A stretch of DNA of 64,000 nt from the NCBI GenBank assembly GCA_951406725.2, contig OX597815.1:156550001-156614000 (forward strand), written 5' to 3'. Numbering within the stretch: position 1 is the stretch's first letter; each line of letters begins with the position of its first letter. The notes beneath the pieces are model-generated. The model saw only the letters and a program-made list of their open reading frames with translations, was not told where the DNA came from and did no database searches. Source of the stretch: Octopus vulgaris. Taxonomy: Eukaryota. The position numbers and the translations under genes are program-made. Below, piece by piece: positions 57,261 to 64,000 of the stretch.

Positions 57261-57715
57261 TTAGAACCAATAGGCAACAAGTACAGCTGACATTAAAATG
57301 AGGGAAGGTGCTAGTAAGCACCACCATTGCTAGAAATAAGAGTCAAAACAACTCTTAGCCACGTGAGAACACTTTTCTAACGGTTGACAAGGGAGGCAGG
57401 CTCCCTCCGTACGACAAGCGAGGTGGAGTTATATCAGCGCTGATTAAAGATTTAATCAGTCTTCATTGGTGACCGATTACTCTGTTGCCGAGGATTAAAA
57501 AACCCAAGTCACTTTGTCAGCCTTATATATAATACCATAGGAAACATCGACTGATTTTCAAAATGGTGAAACGAGAACCATAAATTATTAAGCTGGCTAT
57601 CTGCAATTTAGAACCGATAGACAACAAGAGCAATTGTCACCTAAAGTGACGGAGGGTGATAGTAAGGAAGAGCATTGCTAGAAATAAGAGTCAAAACAAG
57701 TTTTAGCAACGTGAA
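57261..57715. repeat. Diverged ~105-bp direct repeat pair (57261-57366 and 57608-57715)
   Basis: Shared ttagaacc.atag.caacaag and cattgctagaaataagagtcaaaacaa...acgtga. Confidence 0.8.
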
Positions 57716-57761
57716 AGCAATTATATGTATATACATAATACATACATACACACATACATAC

Positions 57762-57851
<90 letters not shown>

Positions 57852-58881
57852 CAGAAGCTATTGGAAAGTATATCGTATCTACGATGAGATTCCGTTTACC
57901 AAGTTCATTCACAAAGCTTTGCGTAGCTCTGGATTATTGTAGAAGACACTTGTCCAAGGGGTCAGACAGTGGGACTCAACCCGAATCCATGCGGTTGAAT
58001 AGTGATATCGCAGAACCAAGTTTCGTGCTTTCATTCAGTTTTAAATGTTTTAGAGTGATATTTGTCTGTCTAAATTTAACTTAATCGTGTTAAAGCTGAA
58101 GTAATTACAATGTACACGAATCATTTTAGTCATTAAATTTCATAAAAAAAGACAGTTATATTCACAGCAGTAATACACCGAAAATACCGTAATTTTCAAA
58201 CCTAACTCATAAATGAATGCAATTATTCTTGGTTACTTTTAGATGGCTAGAACAAAAATGTCTACCTTGTCATTGGTTAGCAGATATCAGCATGGATCAA
58301 CGAAGAATTTTGTTCACTAAAATTACGAATATGTCGGCTCTTATTAGAGTCAACTATCTGGGTAGTTCTGGCTGACAAGACACATGTCGAAACTCCTGGA
58401 TCCCAGAAACTCTTGAACTAATGCATCGAGCGCGTTATGAATGCATAATCGTCGTAAAAGAGTTGTTCTACTGTGTCTAATGCAAGAACAATTGATATAT
58501 TCGAAGCGTTTAGTAACAGAGTGTTGTAAGCGCCACCCTGGCCATTTTTGAGGTTAGTATATCATTTTCTTTGTCTCGACGTCTGGAATCCGAGAAAGTT
58601 GGGTGGAAGAACAGTTGAGGCTTGCAATAAGGTCGAAAATCCGGCTGAAAAAAAATTGTACTTCGATGCTATTGTCACGACGCTCGCTCACCCAAACTCA
58701 GACCAGAGAGTTTAGTAACATACCATCGTAAGCACACATGGTCAATCAATAAATTTGGTGTGGTCCTTGTATCGTTTTTCGAGGTGTTATGACTCATTTT
58801 CTAATATTTCTCGTTATCATCGTAACGATAATATACCATAATCTTACTATTTTGTCTTACTTATCTCTTAAAGATACTTAC

Positions 58882-59400
58882 CTTAGTATATTAACACACA
58901 GAAAAATACCTTTGGGGCGGGTGTCTGGGTGTTTTTGTTGGTATTATTGCTAAAATATGCAACGCGATACACCGCTTCGTAGTACCGGTATATTCTACAA
59001 AATGAGATAGAATCACTCATTGTTTCATCTTTCAGATGCATACATAAGTAAATAATTAGAGGAGGTCTTCACGGTCATTTTAAGACCAAAACCAGCTTTC
59101 TGACTTCATTCCTTGCGGAGATATCACATGCTGAAATACGTTAAACGTTGACTGCGTTTTTCGCGGTTTTTAAGTTGTAGGACTTACGACGGTCTGTTAA
59201 TCTGCTGACAGCGCCACCTAACCTGACTGTGGGACGCATGCATTTCGGAGTGGTTTTCCCCTCCTCAGTCACAGACACCGTAAAAGCTGACGCTACGAAC
59301 TGACCAGAGAAATAGGTCCCTCTTATTACATTCCCGTCATCTCTCAGTGACTGGTTGCGCTATTCGGGGGCTCAACGTAAATAAAATACGCGGAGATAGC
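58882..59400 (-). promoter_or_regulatory. Candidate non-coding first exon / promoter region of the ankyrin gene
   Basis: Consensus donor AAG|GTAAGT at 58882/58881, next to a locally CpG-enriched, non-repetitive stretch. Confidence 0.3.
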
Positions 59401-59703
59401 GCTAAGCAATTATGTACTATGCTTGAGGAATATTCGAACCCGTAAGGAAGCCATTCACTGTTTCGTCATGAAGAAAATTTCTTGCCGTAGACAAACAGGC
59501 GTAAACACATTGATGCATGCATCCACAAGTTGGTTAGGTAGGGCTATTGATCTAACTCAATGTATTTATACCTATTTGCTTACAGTAAGAACTTTCTCCT
59601 TGACAAAACACAGTGAATGTCTTAAGAATATACCTCAATCATATTTGAACTGGTGGCAAGTTTGGATATATATACATCACTGCTTAGTACTATCACACTC
59701 ACC

Positions 59704-60025
59704 AGGCGCAGGAGTGGCTTGGGCAAGTGTCTTCTACTATAGCCTTGGACGGACCAAAGCGTTGTGAGTGGATTTGGTAAACGGCAACTGAAAGAAGCCC
59801 ATCGTATGTGTGTGTGTCTGTGTTTGTCACCCCTACCCCCAAACCAACATCGCTTAACAAGCGATGTTGGTGTGTTCACGTTCCCGTAACTTAACAATTC
59901 GGCAAGAGAGAGACCGATAAAATAAGTTCTAGACTTGCAAAGGATAAGTCCTGGGGTTGATTTGTTCGACTGAGGGCGATTCTCCAGCATGGCCGCAGTC
60001 AAATTAATGAAACAAATAAAAGAAT
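59704..60025 (+). mobile_element. Composite tRNA-SINE with a deletion in the head
   Basis: ggcgcaggagtggct...gggcaagtgtcttctactatagcc...ctccagcatggccgcagtc. Confidence 0.8.
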
Positions 60026-60524
60026 ATATATATATATATAACTTTTTAGACATTCCTTCATTGCACTAGGTCAAAATTAAGATTCTTAGAAAACATTTCG
60101 ATTAAGTACCCTGATATCCCTATACACTCATAAGGTAGTAGGAGTATCCCTGTCCATACATACACATATGTTATTGAATTCTAACACAGTCCCTATATTT
60201 CAATATACGACGCCTAGTATTAACACCTTACCCATCCGGACACAACTAGTGCTCTCTTGTCGTTGCTGAGTGGTAAGAAGTTTGATTCCCAACCATATGG
60301 TTCCAACTTCAGTCCAAGTGCGTGGCACCTTGGGCAAGTGCCTTCTCCTATACTCTCTACTAGCTTTTATAATCTTTTGAGTGAATAGTTGATACAATGG
60401 AAATACTTTCAAAATTGCTCGGTGATTCGTTGCAGATATATCTATATGTTCATACAGAATTATTTTTCTGTACCTAATAGGTCGAGTTTGCCAGTCGCCA
60501 AGATTGACCTGAAACTCTATAAGA

Positions 60525-60676
60525 ATTTTTATTCTCTCTCTGTTTATTTCCTCGTGTTTCTTTCTGTTGAAGAGCGTAGGTAAAAGATTTTCTCACCCTC
60601 CCGAGTGTTAAACTAATATACCTGTTCGTTGCCTATACACATGTCTCCGTCTTTTGTTTTTCTGTAAATTTCAATG

Positions 60677-60680
<4 letters not shown>
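60525..60680 (+). mobile_element. Third, diverged copy of the pLTR-like repeat; hammerhead GAAA segment deleted
   Basis: ctttCTGTTGAagagcgtagg-taaaag; followed by (TA)n(TG)n. Confidence 0.6.
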
Positions 60681-60709
<29 letters not shown>

Positions 60710-60710
<1 letters not shown>

Positions 60711-61052
60711 ATGTCCACTGAAACTCCCTTCGGTCATGACTGACCATGACATTGCACCTATAAAGTTTACCCTCCCAGGCACAAGTCCGGGCAAGGTTGT
60801 TTATGGAAAACCAGCAGTCACCCATGCATACCGGCCTCCTCTCTCCACGCCACCAGTGTTATCCAAGGGAGAGGCAACAGCAGATACAGCTTGGCACCTG
60901 TGACGTCGCAACTCATTTCTACTGCTGAGGGAACAACGTGAAATTAAGTGTCTTGATCAAGAACACAACACGCAGCACGGTCTGGGATACGAACTCACAA
61001 CCTCACGATCTAGGCTCGACTTTCTCTAACCACTGAGTCATGCGCCTTCACA
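60710..61052 (-). mobile_element. tRNA-derived SINE with longer 3' body
   Basis: Head gtgaaggcgcatgactcagtggttagagaa..gatcgtgaggttgtgagttcg on the minus strand. Confidence 0.75.
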
Positions 61053-61054
61053 TG

Positions 61055-61232
<178 letters not shown>

Positions 61233-61942
61233 TGCATGCATTTGTGTATGATTGTGTGTTGGTATATCTATGTATGTGTGTCTTTGTGCTTGTGTTTGTT
61301 CACCTACCACTGCTTGACAACAGGTGTTGGTGTGATTGGGTCCCTGTAAATTAGCGGTTCGACTAAAGAGCCCGATAGAATAAGTACCAGGCTTTAAAAA
61401 ACTAGTGTTGATTTATTCGACTAAAAATTCTGGGCTGTGCCCCAGCATGGACGCAGTGTAATGACTGAAACAAGTAAAGGATCAAAAAGAAAATAAACCT
61501 ATGGTCGTGAACAACGAATGACGTAACTGACAAATATTCTTTTATTAACTATGTGTATATATGTACAAGTATATATATACAAGCACACACACACACAAAG
61601 AAAAACACACACATACACGAACAAAAACACACATATACACAAACACATACACACACACACAAACACAGAGAATTCGTAAATAGATTAAATGCACTGAAAT
61701 CTTTATGATAAAACTAAATGTGAAATTCAATGTTTCACATTTTTTAAAAATATAGTTTCATATATTTTAAAAATATGGTTTTGAAATCAGTGATGTTTCA
61801 CAACAAGATGTCGTAAGCGCTGTTGTCTTAATTTTTAATGGCTGATGGTAACGGGGAAGGCAATATATGGCATAGTGACAGTAACAGGGCAGGTAATAAG
61901 AATATGAATTTCCTTCCATTTACTGAAATAACTGAAATAAAT

Positions 61943-62052
61943 AGGTGTAGGAGTAGCTGTGTGGTAAGTAGCTTGGACAAGCTACTATTGCCTTGGACCC
62001 ACCAAAGCCTTGTGAGTGGATTTGGTAGACGGAAACTGAAAGAAGCCCTTCG

Positions 62053-62150
<98 letters not shown>

Positions 62151-62370
62151 TGTATGTTTGTGTGCCTGTGTTTGTCCCCCCAACATCGCTTGACAACCGA
62201 TGCTGGTGTGTTTACGTCACCGTAACTTAGCGGTTCGGCAAGGAGACCGATAGAATAAGTACTAGGCTTCCAAAGAATAAGTCCTGTGGTCGATTTGCTC
62301 GACTAAAGGCGGTGCTCCAGCATGGCCACTGTCAAATGACTGAAACAAGTAAAAGAGTAAAAGAAAGAGT
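61943..62370 (+). mobile_element. Composite tRNA-SINE with internal (TA)n(TATG)n
   Basis: Same family as 32563 and 51774; a partial copy also lies at ~61260-61490. Confidence 0.85.
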
Positions 62371-62469
62371 AATCAAATTTATCTAAAAGTCAATGAAATA
62401 AATTAGATTGACACGTAACCAAAATTAATTCACCTCAATGAGGTCTATACTTCTCAGTGAAATCGGTTT

Positions 62470-63450
62470 ATCTACTTTTCCAGTGTTGTTCAGATGTTTC
62501 CTCTCTACATTGATACAATGTAAGTATTTTAAAAATTACTCGCTTATTCGTTGCAGATATATTTATATGTTCATACAGAAATATTTTTCTGTGCCTGATA
62601 GAGAGTATTTGTTCTGTATGAGTAGCACATTTTTCTTGATGGCATTCCAGCTTATCGCATATAATTTTCTCCAAATCCTGAATAAGACCAGGTGTAAACA
62701 TTCTTTATTCTGGAATACTATCTTTGCTTAAAGCGAAATTCTAAATCTTTACACTAGTGAAGACGAGTCCATATTTGAATTGCCCACACATTTTTACTGT
62801 AGTATAATTCAACATCTGCTAATATCATCATTAGTCATTGTGCTTGTCTTCAACTTTTTGTAATTGTATGTCTTTGTGGAACTCAATTTATCCAGGCGTC
62901 TTTTTTCTGCAATCGGCACATTTTGAAAAATACTACTTTAGGCTTTGTTGATGCTCAGATTGGAAGTTAAAACATAAGGTAAAACTTCCAATCTTCATAT
63001 TTACCTCTCTTACCATGTGGACATCACTTGCCTTGATTCGTTGTATCTCATCATCTATTAAGGATGGTAAATAATATCTGCCACTGAGTACATCTTTAAG
63101 TTCTTGGAGTCGTATATCGCGCGTATTTGTATGGGGCACAACCATTTTGGCTAAATTGCAAAGAATTCTTTTGTTGTGTTTTGGATAACACGAATTAACA
63201 ATTAGTTATTGCTTGGAGTTAGTGTGTTTGTAACTGTTATAATCCTTAAAATGTTGGATTGTTATAAGGCCCACTTCAGTATACCGTGTACCAGTAAAGA
63301 CTCGACTATCTCTGACCGCCTACTACGTACTCTGATACTTCACGTACATCTCTTTACTTATAGTGACTACGCCATTCCATTCATCACATGGGAGGAGTGT
63401 ACTATTATTAGTAAATTCCCTGCAACATCTCCCCTTTTAAGTTTTCCTTA
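62470..63450 (-). mobile_element. Second Penelope-like element (RT thumb to GIY-YIG), decayed; small homologous fragment at ~60390-60475
   Basis: HPKQQKNS, RDIRLQELKDVLSGRYYLPSLIDDEIQR (typical PLE thumb) and downstream endonuclease-like remnants. Confidence 0.6.
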
Positions 63451-63539
63451 GGAAGTGTCATTTTATTTAGCAATATTTTTTTTAATCACTCCACCTCCAT
63501 TTTTGTTGGGGGGGGGTCGTACAATTTAATACTTTTTGC

Positions 63540-64000
63540 GTTTGGCATCTATTCTCAGGAACTCTGTATGTGTTCTTTTCCTCTCACTTTTATGCCTGGG
63601 GTGAATCACATACAGTGGCGTTGGTACATGGAACGTATCGTACAACCATTCCATCCGTTCTTCCAACTTCTTTGGTTCGCTTTCCCCGAATCTCTTTTTT
63701 AGTTGGTTCCTGTCTCTTTCGTACGCCTTTTCTACGTTTTATCCAATACATAATTTTACCTAAACATTTGGTAATTACGCCATCTGCCCAACTCTTCTTT
63801 CCATTCTTGCGTGCCCTCATACACACCTTTTCACTATCTTTAAAGAATCTTGCTATGTGTTCCCTGACACTTATCTTTTCCTGCCAGACAGCAATTTATC
63901 AAAGACTGATTTTACTTTCCTTGCAAACATCAGCTCCACTTGTGAGCTACCTGCTGGTGTATTTGGATTTGGTGTCACACGGTACACGCTTAAAAGCTGT
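63540..64000 (-). mobile_element. Gypsy (Ty3) LTR-retrotransposon integrase C-terminus, continues beyond the window
   Basis: YRVTPNPNTPAGSSQVELMFARKVKSVFDKLL; W..GVITKCLGKIMY.I. Confidence 0.8.

Overview
AT-rich, microsatellite-dense eukaryotic (animal) genomic DNA. The repeat content looks like coleoid cephalopod (Octopus-type) sequence; this is inferred from recognition, not from a search. The only convincing host coding sequence is one large minus-strand exon (43766-42215, ATG at 43570) of an ankyrin-repeat protein, with a clean acceptor and donor. A candidate 5' non-coding exon lies about 15 kb upstream, and no downstream exons were recognised. The rest is intronic or intergenic and filled with decayed mobile elements: piggyBac, mariner, a Tc1 DD34E element with a nested foldback, two pieces of an LHIKLG-type DNA transposon, eight R4/Dong-clade RLE LINE pieces mostly in (TAA)n tracts, Penelope-like elements, CR1/Jockey and Gypsy fragments, and many tRNA-derived SINEs. 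The most interesting observations are short (TA)n-embedded elements carrying type I hammerhead-ribozyme-like folds. One has a canonical core with a greatly extended stem II, and a three-copy family shares a non-canonical CUGU(A/U)GA core. No CRISPR, rRNA or true tRNA genes were seen. Most short ORFs in the track are microsatellite or TE artefacts.
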